Origin: Candidatus Eiseniibacteriota bacterium
GTDB lineage: Bacteria > Eisenbacteria > RBG-16-71-46 > CAZAMP01
DNA length: 64,000 nucleotides
Direction: 5' to 3'
NCBI GenBank assembly: GCA_965224245.1
Contig: OZ245046.1
Coordinates: 5,952,001 to 6,016,000 of the forward strand
Positions 56,387 to 64,000 of the stretch are shown here, one piece after another (the stretch's first letter is position 1; each line of letters opens with the position of its first letter). The notes under the pieces are model-generated. The model made no database searches, was not told the origin of the DNA, and saw only the letters and a list, made by a program, of their open reading frames with translations. The translations under genes and the position numbers were made by a program.

Positions 56387-59370
56387 ACGGTGCGGGGTCG
56401 ATCGCGGACGCCATCGGTCGTGGCGACGAGCGCGCGCTCGCCGACGTGCTCTCGGCACCCATCGTGCTGTCGGGTGACAACCTCGTCGAACGCCCGTGGG
56501 GCGGCCGCGCCCTCGCCGCCTTCAAGGGACTGCGCGGGAGGGCGGATGTTCGCTTCGGCGAGTCGTTCGAGGTCGCCGCCGATCCCACCGATCCCGAGGC
56601 GCGCGAGCATCCCAGCATGGCCGTGTTCGCGGACGGGTCGACGCGGCCGTTGATCGACCTGATCACCGCGGCCCCCGAGCGGCTCCTCGGCCCCGACGCC
56701 CACGCGCGATGGGGAGCCCGGTACCCGCTGTTGCCCAAGTTCCTGAACGCGGCCTCGCTCCTGTCCCTGCAGGGACATCCGGTCGGGCTTCCGGAGGCGT
56801 ACTACGTGCTCGAGGCGGCTCCCGGCGCGACGGTCCGGCTGGGGTTCTCGCGCGACCTGGATCCGCGCGAGCTACGCGACGCGGTCGACGTGTCGCGACG
56901 CGCGCACGAGACGCTGCGATCGCGGGTCGACGGCTCCGTGTCCGTGACCCGCGTGAACGCCCTCGTGGCGACGGCGACCCGGCTCCGCCTCGGTGGCGAC
57001 GCCGACGCGGAGCCCGACGCGAGACCGACGAGCACCCTCGCGGCCGCCGTCACCTCGGCCATGGATGGGCTCGGTCTGGACGGCGATCGCCGCGATCGAC
57101 TCCGAGACGCGATCCTCGACGTGGCCGCGGCCAACGCCGCCTGGCTCGATCGGCTTCACGCGGTTCCGGTCCGGGCCGGCGACGTGATCCTGAACGCCAG
57201 CGCGGAGCGCCGACGACAGGGCGTTCTCCAGGCGGACGTGCACGCGCTGGGGGACGTCGACGCGCACGAGGTTCTCCTCCTCGAGGTGCGCCGGCCGGGC
57301 AAGACGCACCGGCTCTGGGACTTCGGCCGCCTACCGGTACGCGACGTTCACCCCGAGGACGCGCTCGGCGCGCTCGTGCTCGGTCGGGTGGATCCGGATG
57401 CATACCGGCACGCGCCGGAGATCATCGCGGGACGTCCGGGCGTGTTCCGCTCCGCCGCGTGCGAGGCGTTCGTGATCGAGCACGTTCGCCCCCCGGACGT
57501 CGGTGTCCGGCTCGAGACTCACGGGCGGGCCGAGTCGCTCCACGTCGTGCGCGGCCGGGTCCGGCTGAGCGCGGGAGGCCGGACCTGTCTCCTCGAGCGA
57601 GGGCGGAGCGCCGTGGTCCCCGCCACCGTGTCGGCGTACGAGATCGGTCTCGCGCCCGACGCGCACGACGACGCGGACGCCGAGGTCGCGGGCGTCCCGG
57701 AGGTCGTCCGCGTGGTCCCCGGGCTCGACATGGACCGTCCCCCGGTGGAGACCGCGGCCTCGAACGGCCTGACGAGGGGAGACGGCGGACGGTCGGGGCT
57801 CCGGTTCGGCACCAGCGGGCTCCGGGCCCTCGTGACCGACATGACCGACCGCGAGGTGGTCGTGAACACGCGCGGCTTCCTGCGCTACCTCGTCGAGACC
57901 GGCCAGGCCCGGCCGGGCGGTACCGTCCTCGTCGCACGGGACCTGCGAGAGCGGGATCCGACGAGCGGCCTGTCGTCGAGTCCGCGCATCGCCGCCGCGG
58001 TGGTGCACGCGATCGTGGCCGAGGGCGCCCGCGTCGCCTACGCGGGACCGGCTCCGACACCCGCGCTCGCGTACGCGGCGCAGCTCGACGCGGGCGGACC
58101 GGCGCCGTCGATCATGATCACCGGAAGCCACATCCCCGCCGACCGCAACGGGATCAAGTTCTACAAGCCGGGTGGCGAGGTGCTCAAGCGCGACGAGATC
58201 GGCATCGCCGCCTGGGTCGCCCGCGTGCGAGCCGAGGCCGAGCGCGGCGCGCCGGCGGGTGGCGCCACGTTCGGTCCGGACGACATGTTCGTCGAGCCCG
58301 TGCCCGAGCCCCCGATCTCGGTCGACGTGACCCCGGCGTACCGCGAGCGCTTCATTCGGCTCCATCCCGGCCGACCGCTCGAGGGGTGGCGAGTCGTGGT
58401 CCACGAGCACTCGAGCGTGGCCCGCGACCTCCTGGCCGACGTGCTCGGTGCGCTCGGGGCCGAGGTGCGGAGCGTCGAGCGGGCCGACACGTTCGTGCCG
58501 GTCGACACCGAGAACGTCGACGCGGATGCGCAGCGGCACTACGCACGGCTCGTGCGCGAGGAGGGGGCGGCGGCGCTGGTGAGCACCGACGCGGACGGCG
58601 ACCGCCCGCTGGTCGTGGACGATCGCGGTCGCTTCGTCCGCGGAGATGGGCTCGGCGCGCTCGTGACCGAGATTCTCGGCGCCCGCGTCGCGGTCGTTCC
58701 CGTCAGCTCGTCGGACGTGGTCGACCGCCACCTGGAGGCGCACGCGGCGAGGTGTCGGCTCGTGAAGACGCGGATCGGATCCCCCCACGTCATCGGCGCG
58801 ATGGGCGCCGCGGCCTTCGCCGGGGACGATCGCATCGTGGGCTGGGAGGCCAACGGGGGATACCTCGTGGGAACGGGGCTGGCCGTGAACGGCGAGTCGC
58901 TGGATCCGTTGCCCACCCGGGACGCCATCCTCCCCATCGTGACCGTGCTGGCCGCGGCGGCGCGCGGTGGGATCACGGTGTCGGCGCTGGTGGATCGACT
59001 ACCGGCCCGGGCGAGCGCGGGCGGGCTCATCGACGGCGTCGATCCCACGCACGCGGCCGAGCTGATCGCGCTGGTGACCCCCGGCCCGGATCGGCCGATG
59101 TCGACCGTTCGGGCGCGGCTGGACGAGCTCGCGTCCGGCTTCCCCGGACGCGGCGGCATCCTCGGGGTCGACTGGCGCGACGGCGTTCGCATCACGTTCT
59201 CCGGCGGCGACGTGCTCCACGTCCGACCGTCGGGAAACGCGCCCCAGCTCCGGATCTACGTGGTCGGCGACGACGCCGCCGGCGCCGAGTCCCTGCTGGC
59301 GCAGGCACTGGACCCGCGCTCGGGTATCCTGTCCGCGCTGGAGGCGATCGCGACGCGCGCCCGACGATGA
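56383..59370 (+). CDS. Fusion of type I phosphomannose isomerase-like cupin and phosphomannomutase
   Basis: N-half: RPWGG, GESFE, PLLPKFL, LSLQGHP..PEAYY, HALG..LLEV. C-half: FGTSGLR, ITGSHIP..RNGIKFY, TDADGDRP, GWEANGG, RPSGNAP. Single open frame from GTG 56383. Confidence 0.88.
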   Translation: MNGAGSIADAIGRGDERALADVLSAPIVLSGDNLVERPWGGRALAAFKGLRGRADVRFGESFEVAADPTDPEAREHPSMAVFADGSTRPLIDLITAAPERLLGPDAHARWGARYPLLPKFLNAASLLSLQGHPVGLPEAYYVLEAAPGATVRLGFSRDLDPRELRDAVDVSRRAHETLRSRVDGSVSVTRVNALVATATRLRLGGDADAEPDARPTSTLAAAVTSAMDGLGLDGDRRDRLRDAILDVAAANAAWLDRLHAVPVRAGDVILNASAERRRQGVLQADVHALGDVDAHEVLLLEVRRPGKTHRLWDFGRLPVRDVHPEDALGALVLGRVDPDAYRHAPEIIAGRPGVFRSAACEAFVIEHVRPPDVGVRLETHGRAESLHVVRGRVRLSAGGRTCLLERGRSAVVPATVSAYEIGLAPDAHDDADAEVAGVPEVVRVVPGLDMDRPPVETAASNGLTRGDGGRSGLRFGTSGLRALVTDMTDREVVVNTRGFLRYLVETGQARPGGTVLVARDLRERDPTSGLSSSPRIAAAVVHAIVAEGARVAYAGPAPTPALAYAAQLDAGGPAPSIMITGSHIPADRNGIKFYKPGGEVLKRDEIGIAAWVARVRAEAERGAPAGGATFGPDDMFVEPVPEPPISVDVTPAYRERFIRLHPGRPLEGWRVVVHEHSSVARDLLADVLGALGAEVRSVERADTFVPVDTENVDADAQRHYARLVREEGAAALVSTDADGDRPLVVDDRGRFVRGDGLGALVTEILGARVAVVPVSSSDVVDRHLEAHAARCRLVKTRIGSPHVIGAMGAAAFAGDDRIVGWEANGGYLVGTGLAVNGESLDPLPTRDAILPIVTVLAAAARGGITVSALVDRLPARASAGGLIDGVDPTHAAELIALVTPGPDRPMSTVRARLDELASGFPGRGGILGVDWRDGVRITFSGGDVLHVRPSGNAPQLRIYVVGDDAAGAESLLAQALDPRSGILSALEAIATRARR

Positions 59371-59418
59371 CGGCTCCGGTTTCCCGGGGAGACGGGGCTG
59401 GCTTACACTCGACGTGAC

Positions 59419-60789
59419 ATGATGAAACGTTGGATGGGCTCCATCACCATCGGGATGCTGGCCCGGGCCAGCGGGTTGCGTTTCGATCGAGAGCTCACGA
59501 GGCTGCGCGAGGAGATCCACCTCCCGCGAGCCGAGCTGGAGGCCAGACGCGACCGGCGTCTCCGGCGGCTGGTGCATCACTCGCATCGCGACGTTCCCCT
59601 CTACCGGCGCCTCATGGACGAGGCCGGGGTCGAACCCGACGCCGTGCGGTCCTGCCGTGACCTGAAACGACTGCCGATCGTGGACAAGGCCACCCTTCGA
59701 GACGCGTTCGGCGACGGTGCGGTGGCGCGCGGCGCGACCGGGTTGATTCCCAAGTCCACGTCCGGGACACAGGGCATGCCCCTTCGGATGGTCGTGGATC
59801 GGCCGCAGCGCGCCGTGCAGATGGCGCGAACCACGTTGATGTTCGAGATCTCCGGGGCCCCGTTCGGCACGCCGGTGTCCGTGATCGCGGCAAGGTCCGA
59901 CACCCGATCGCCGGAGCGGCGGCTGTACGAGTGGATCAAGCGCGAGCGGCGGTTCCACGTCGCGTCGTTCGATCCCGGGTCGGTCGCCCGGCTGTACACG
60001 GACCTCGTGGCCGCGCGCGGGGTGCTCCTCCAGGGCGGCGTGACGCCGCTCCTCGTCGTGGCCGAGTACATGGAGCGGGTCGGGGATCGGCGGCTCCGTC
60101 CTCGTGTCGTTCACGCGATCGGTGAGCAGCTCTTCGACGCCGACCGCGCGCGACTGGCGGGCGTGCTGGGTGCTACCGTCGTCTCCGTGTACGGCTCGAA
60201 CGAGATCTACGGGATCGCGCAGGAGTGCACGGCCGCGGGCCGGATGCACGTGTTCCCCGACGTGGTCGCCGAGATCGTCGACGACGACGATCGGCCCGTG
60301 CGCCCGGGCCGGCCGGGACGGATCATCTTGACCGATCTGACGAACACGGCGATGCCGTTCATCCGATACGACATCGGAGATCTGGGACGCACCGTCGAGG
60401 AGACCTGTACCTGCGGCAGCCCGATGCCGCTGATCGAGCTGGGAGAGGGGCGGATCTCCGATCGTCTCGTGACACCGGGAGGCAAGGTGCTGAGCGCGCC
60501 ACATTTCTCACAGCTCGTGCTCGAGCATCCCTGGGTCCGCGCGTTTCAGGTCGCTCAGACCGCCCCGGATCGGTTCGTGCTGCGCGTCGAGGCAGCGGGC
60601 GGCGTGGACGGCGAGGTCGTGTCCGCGCTGCGCGCCGACGCCACGCGGCTGGTCGACGAGACCGCCGTGCTCGACGTGGAACCGTACCGGCACCTCCCGG
60701 TCTCCCGGAACGGCAAGCGCCGGGTCTTCGTCTGCGAGACCACGCCCCACCGCGCGCGGCCGGCCCGGACCGCCGGCACGGACCGCTGA
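59419..60789 (+). CDS. Phenylacetate-CoA ligase (PaaK/CapK)-like AMP-forming enzyme
   Basis: VPLYR, LPIVDK, STSGTQG.P, YGSNE, TDL.N.AMPFIRYDIGDLG, EGR..D, NGKRR. Confidence 0.88.
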   Translation: MMKRWMGSITIGMLARASGLRFDRELTRLREEIHLPRAELEARRDRRLRRLVHHSHRDVPLYRRLMDEAGVEPDAVRSCRDLKRLPIVDKATLRDAFGDGAVARGATGLIPKSTSGTQGMPLRMVVDRPQRAVQMARTTLMFEISGAPFGTPVSVIAARSDTRSPERRLYEWIKRERRFHVASFDPGSVARLYTDLVAARGVLLQGGVTPLLVVAEYMERVGDRRLRPRVVHAIGEQLFDADRARLAGVLGATVVSVYGSNEIYGIAQECTAAGRMHVFPDVVAEIVDDDDRPVRPGRPGRIILTDLTNTAMPFIRYDIGDLGRTVEETCTCGSPMPLIELGEGRISDRLVTPGGKVLSAPHFSQLVLEHPWVRAFQVAQTAPDRFVLRVEAAGGVDGEVVSALRADATRLVDETAVLDVEPYRHLPVSRNGKRRVFVCETTPHRARPARTAGTDR

Positions 60790-60794
60790 CCCGC

Positions 60795-61676
60795 ATGCGC
60801 AGGCCCACGAGGCGCGCCGTCGGGCGCATGCTGGCCGCTCTCGTGCTGCTGGCGGCCGCGCTCGTGGCCTATGCGAGATGGATCGAGCCCCGGCGCCTCA
60901 CGGTCGAGCACGTGACGCTGACGATTCCGGGGCTCTCGCCGGCGTTGGAGAGCCTCCGCATCGTGTTCCTCTCCGACCTCCAGGTGGACGATCCCGGCTC
61001 GCACGAGACGCGCCTGCACGACACACTCGTCGAGCTGGACCCCGACCTGCTCCTGATCGGCGGGGACTTCGCGAACGTGCCGTACTGGATGATCGACTAC
61101 ATGCGGCACGCGAGCGCGGCGTGCTCCGTTCTCGCGGTCGCACCCGCGCGCATGGGCAAGATCGCGGTGTGGGGCAACAACGACATCCCCGAGGCCATCG
61201 GGCCCCTCGCACGCGACGCGGGGATCCGCGTCCTGGAGAACGAGTGGACGACGCTCTCGTTGCCGGGGGGCGAGCTGACGATCGTCGGGCTGGACGATCC
61301 CGTCTCCGATCGCGACGACTGGGACGCCCTGTACGCCGATCCGCCGCCGAGCCCGATGCTGATGCTGGCACACTCGCCGGACGCGTTCGCCGAGGCGGCG
61401 CGCCGGGGGGTGCCGGCGCTCCTGGCCGGCCACACCCACGGTGGACAGGTCGTCCACCCGCTGATCGCGCTCTGGCCTCACATCTTTCTGTGCCTCGAGC
61501 CGGGGACGCCCGCGTACCGCGCAGGTCGGTATCGAGCGCCGGATGGGGGACCGAGCGTGCTCTACGTCAGCCGGGGGATCGGCACCTCGCGGTTTCCGTT
61601 CCGCTTCCTGTGTCCACCCGAGGTGACGGTGGTGCGCCTGGTGGCCGCGCCGCTCGCGACGGCATCCGTCGACTGA
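60795..61676 (+). CDS. YkuE/YaeI-like membrane-anchored metallophosphoesterase
   Basis: N-terminal TM + ARWIEP; FLSDLQ, GGDF, WGNND, LAHSPD, GHTHGGQV, VSRGIG..P.R..CPPE. Confidence 0.88.
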   Translation: MRRPTRRAVGRMLAALVLLAAALVAYARWIEPRRLTVEHVTLTIPGLSPALESLRIVFLSDLQVDDPGSHETRLHDTLVELDPDLLLIGGDFANVPYWMIDYMRHASAACSVLAVAPARMGKIAVWGNNDIPEAIGPLARDAGIRVLENEWTTLSLPGGELTIVGLDDPVSDRDDWDALYADPPPSPMLMLAHSPDAFAEAARRGVPALLAGHTHGGQVVHPLIALWPHIFLCLEPGTPAYRAGRYRAPDGGPSVLYVSRGIGTSRFPFRFLCPPEVTVVRLVAAPLATASVD

Positions 61677-61686
61677 GCCGCGCAAC

Positions 61687-62820
61687 CTAGCGGGCGGTCG
61701 CCTGCCAGGTCGTGAAGGTCTCACCCCGTGTGTGCGCCCAGATGCCCCGGAGCGCGGCCAGGTTCAGCAGACAGAAGTAGAACGGAACCGACAGGATCGC
61801 CGGTACCCGCCCACGACGCTTCATGAGGGCACCCAGAAGCCCCGCGGCCACGAACGCCACCTGCGCGCCGAACGTGATCCGGTAGAAGGTCGCATCGAGA
61901 AGAAACGCGTTGGACACCAGCATCGCCACGAGCGGAATCGGCAGGTACCACTTCAGGAGTCGCAGGAACACGATTCCGAGCGCCAGCATGGGATGCTTCA
62001 GGACGTTCAGCGACTCGGGGATCTCGTAGACCCCCCGGAGCGCCTGCGCGACGATGCGCGTCCGGCGTTTCAGCTCGTCCTCGTCGGCGAGCGGCCGGGG
62101 CAGGAACGCCTTCGCATCCGGCACGAACACGGTGCGCTTGCCCTGCATGAGGGCCAGGATCGGCGCGGCCCAGTCGTGATTGAGCCCCTTTCCGACCTGC
62201 TGCACGTACCGCTTCGGCATCGCCATGTTGCACCCGGCGGCGCCGAGCATCGAGTAGAGGACGCCCATGCGGCGCCGGAGCAGAAGCTCGTAGGCGAGCC
62301 GGACCCCGACGCCGGTCGCGCCGGCCCCGGACGGGTTCGTGAAGCCGTGCCACCCGGTCGCGCAGCCCACGTTCCCGTCCGCGCAGTGGGCGACGAGAAG
62401 CCGGGCCGCCTCGGGGTTGTGGTAGGCGGTCGCGTCGGTGAAGTAGATGATCTCGCCCCGGGCCTCGGTGGCCGCGGCGTCCTGAACGGCCGTCTTGCCC
62501 AGGCGGGGGTAGCGGATCACGCGAATGCGGTCGTCGCCGAACGCCTCGGCGATCTCGGCGGTGCGGTCGGTACAGCCGTCGAGCGCGATCAGGATCTCGA
62601 GACGTTCGGGGGGATACTCGAACGCCAGCGTGTTCCGGATCTTCTCGGTGATGTGCTTCTCCTCGTTGTGCGCGGTGATGAGGACGGTGAGGGGCGGCCG
62701 ATGGGCCGGGTCCACGGCGACGGGACGACCGAAGACGTAGGACAGCCCGATGATGGCGGCGGGTAGCACGACGAGGTTCAGGAGAACGAGCCCCGCGGCG
62801 ACCCAGAAGATGATCTCCAC
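61687..62820 (-). CDS. Glycosyltransferase family 2 (IcaA/PgaC-like, membrane-bound)
   Basis: ITAHNEE, DGCTDRT, GKT, FTDA, R..RI; N- and C-terminal TMs ending TWQ..R. Confidence 0.9.
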   Translation of the reverse strand: MEIIFWVAAGLVLLNLVVLPAAIIGLSYVFGRPVAVDPAHRPPLTVLITAHNEEKHITEKIRNTLAFEYPPERLEILIALDGCTDRTAEIAEAFGDDRIRVIRYPRLGKTAVQDAAATEARGEIIYFTDATAYHNPEAARLLVAHCADGNVGCATGWHGFTNPSGAGATGVGVRLAYELLLRRRMGVLYSMLGAAGCNMAMPKRYVQQVGKGLNHDWAAPILALMQGKRTVFVPDAKAFLPRPLADEDELKRRTRIVAQALRGVYEIPESLNVLKHPMLALGIVFLRLLKWYLPIPLVAMLVSNAFLLDATFYRITFGAQVAFVAAGLLGALMKRRGRVPAILSVPFYFCLLNLAALRGIWAHTRGETFTTWQATAR

Positions 62821-62973
62821 CCGCCGAACTCCCGGTCGATTGAACGCTTACAGCCGTTGGCCACCAGATCGAGCGCCCGCTATAGTACACTACTTCGCGA
62901 TCGACGTGACCCGGGGCGTCGCGGTCTCCGCGCGCGTCGGCCCATACGAACCTCCCGGTCGAACGGTGGCCAG

Positions 62974-64000
62974 GTGACCGATCTTCTGACGCCCGCGGTC
63001 TTCTTCTCCCTCAGCGCGGGCCTGATGGCGGCGCTGATCGCCGTGAGCCAGCCCATCTTCGGCCTCATCCTGCTGGTGCTGGCCGCCGTCGCGATCGACT
63101 TCGCCACGCACAACCTCGTCCTGATGGGGGCCGCCGACGGGATCATCGTGGGCATGCTGCTCCTGGCGGTGCCGCGCGAGAAGTCGGTCGCGATGCCGGG
63201 CGAGCGCCTGCGCGTCCGGACGCCCTTCGATCGCTACTTCCTCTGGCTCGCGCTCCTGGCCATCGTGTACCTGATCGTGGGGCTCGCCCGCGGAAACGAC
63301 CTGGTGTTCACGCTGGGCGACTTCTATCACGTGTTCCTCGAGATGGCCGTTCCGTTCTTCCTGATGACGATCTTCCTCCGCCGCCGGAGCCGACTCGAGC
63401 GTTTCGACCGGGCGCTCGCGTTCTGGTCGCTCGTGCTCTCGATCGTGGTGCTGATCCTGTACGCGACCGGGACGCTGCAGCGCCTGGAGGGCGCGGGCGG
63501 GTTCTACCGGCACAGCTCGATGTGGCGCATCCGCGTGAACTCGAACTTCCCGATGTTCCCGCTCGTGTGGCTGACGGCGATGTGGTTCTTCCAGGCCAGA
63601 AGTCGCGAGCGCACGATCAACGGGTTCGCCTGTCTGGCGCTGATGGTGGTGCTCGTGCTGACCCTGAAGCGCACGCTCTGGATCGGCTTCGCCGGGATCA
63701 CGCTGTTCTACTTTCTCGCGGTCGGCGCCCGTCAGAAGGCCTCGGCGGTCCGCACCGTCATGCTGGGGACCTTCGCGCTGTTCGCCGTCGGGTGGTTCCT
63801 GCTGCCCAAGGAGCGCTTCGACCCCGCCCAGGAGCTCGAGGTGTACACGCGGTCGATCCAGAAGCGCTTCTCGTCGCGCGAGAGTGACCTGAACGTCTCC
63901 TGGCAGAACCGCGTGGCCCAGCTGTCCGATTCGATGAAGGAGATCGCGGCCAACCCGCTCGGCTACGGTCTCGGCAACGAGGCGCTGGTCCGATTCAGCT
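62974..64000 (+). CDS. O-antigen ligase/polymerase (WaaL/Wzy)-like polytopic membrane protein, truncated at the window edge
   Basis: My translation from GTG 62974 stays open to the end; many TM helices; LTLKRTLWIG, periplasmic loop S...R, NPLGYGLG. Absent from the ORF track because it has no stop. Confidence 0.75.
   Translation, partial: MTDLLTPAVFFSLSAGLMAALIAVSQPIFGLILLVLAAVAIDFATHNLVLMGAADGIIVGMLLLAVPREKSVAMPGERLRVRTPFDRYFLWLALLAIVYLIVGLARGNDLVFTLGDFYHVFLEMAVPFFLMTIFLRRRSRLERFDRALAFWSLVLSIVVLILYATGTLQRLEGAGGFYRHSSMWRIRVNSNFPMFPLVWLTAMWFFQARSRERTINGFACLALMVVLVLTLKRTLWIGFAGITLFYFLAVGARQKASAVRTVMLGTFALFAVGWFLLPKERFDPAQELEVYTRSIQKRFSSRESDLNVSWQNRVAQLSDSMKEIAANPLGYGLGNEALVRFS

Noticed and set aside
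59404-59421. Leaderless transcription (TACACT 9 nt before ATG; similar at positions 43-57)
   Set aside because: Only hexamer matches without -35 support; needs TSS data.

Overview
High-GC bacterial chromosome segment with about 55 genes. I saw no rRNA, tRNA, CRISPR array, integrase or transposase. Two secreted proteins ending in a FlgD-Ig-like sorting domain, plus the yicC-gmk-rpoZ-coaBC-UDG-dnaB gene order, suggest an FCB-related lineage (Eisenbacteria/Krumholzibacteria/Latescibacteria-like); this is inference. Contents from left to right: (1) an M16 lipoprotein peptidase and a Met-rich CxxC secreted protein; (2) a lower-GC cassette (about 3.9-6.95 kb) with two paralogous secreted proteins, each built from two copies of an unrecognised domain, followed by a chimeric Cys-rich/gingipain(C25)-like/FlgD protein whose GC step falls inside the gene; (3) a TetR-controlled SGNH + FG-GAP pair; (4) surface-glycan genes in three patches (GT2s, GT4, epimerase, AsnB, CapK-like ligase, PMI-PMM fusion, O-antigen ligase-like); (5) lipoprotein + lgt, two citrate-synthase-like genes with complementary active-site losses, and an archaeal-type HMG-CoA synthase/thiolase/DUF35 triad; (6) a MOSC-M1-M28/PDZ-SLOG operon; (7) BlaI/BlaR1-TonB_C with visible operators; (8) a housekeeping block from yicC to ddl. 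The best candidates for undescribed biology are the split citrate-synthase-like heterodimer and the swappable N-terminal cassette on the C25-FlgD carrier. All family calls come from motif recognition by eye; no database searches were run.
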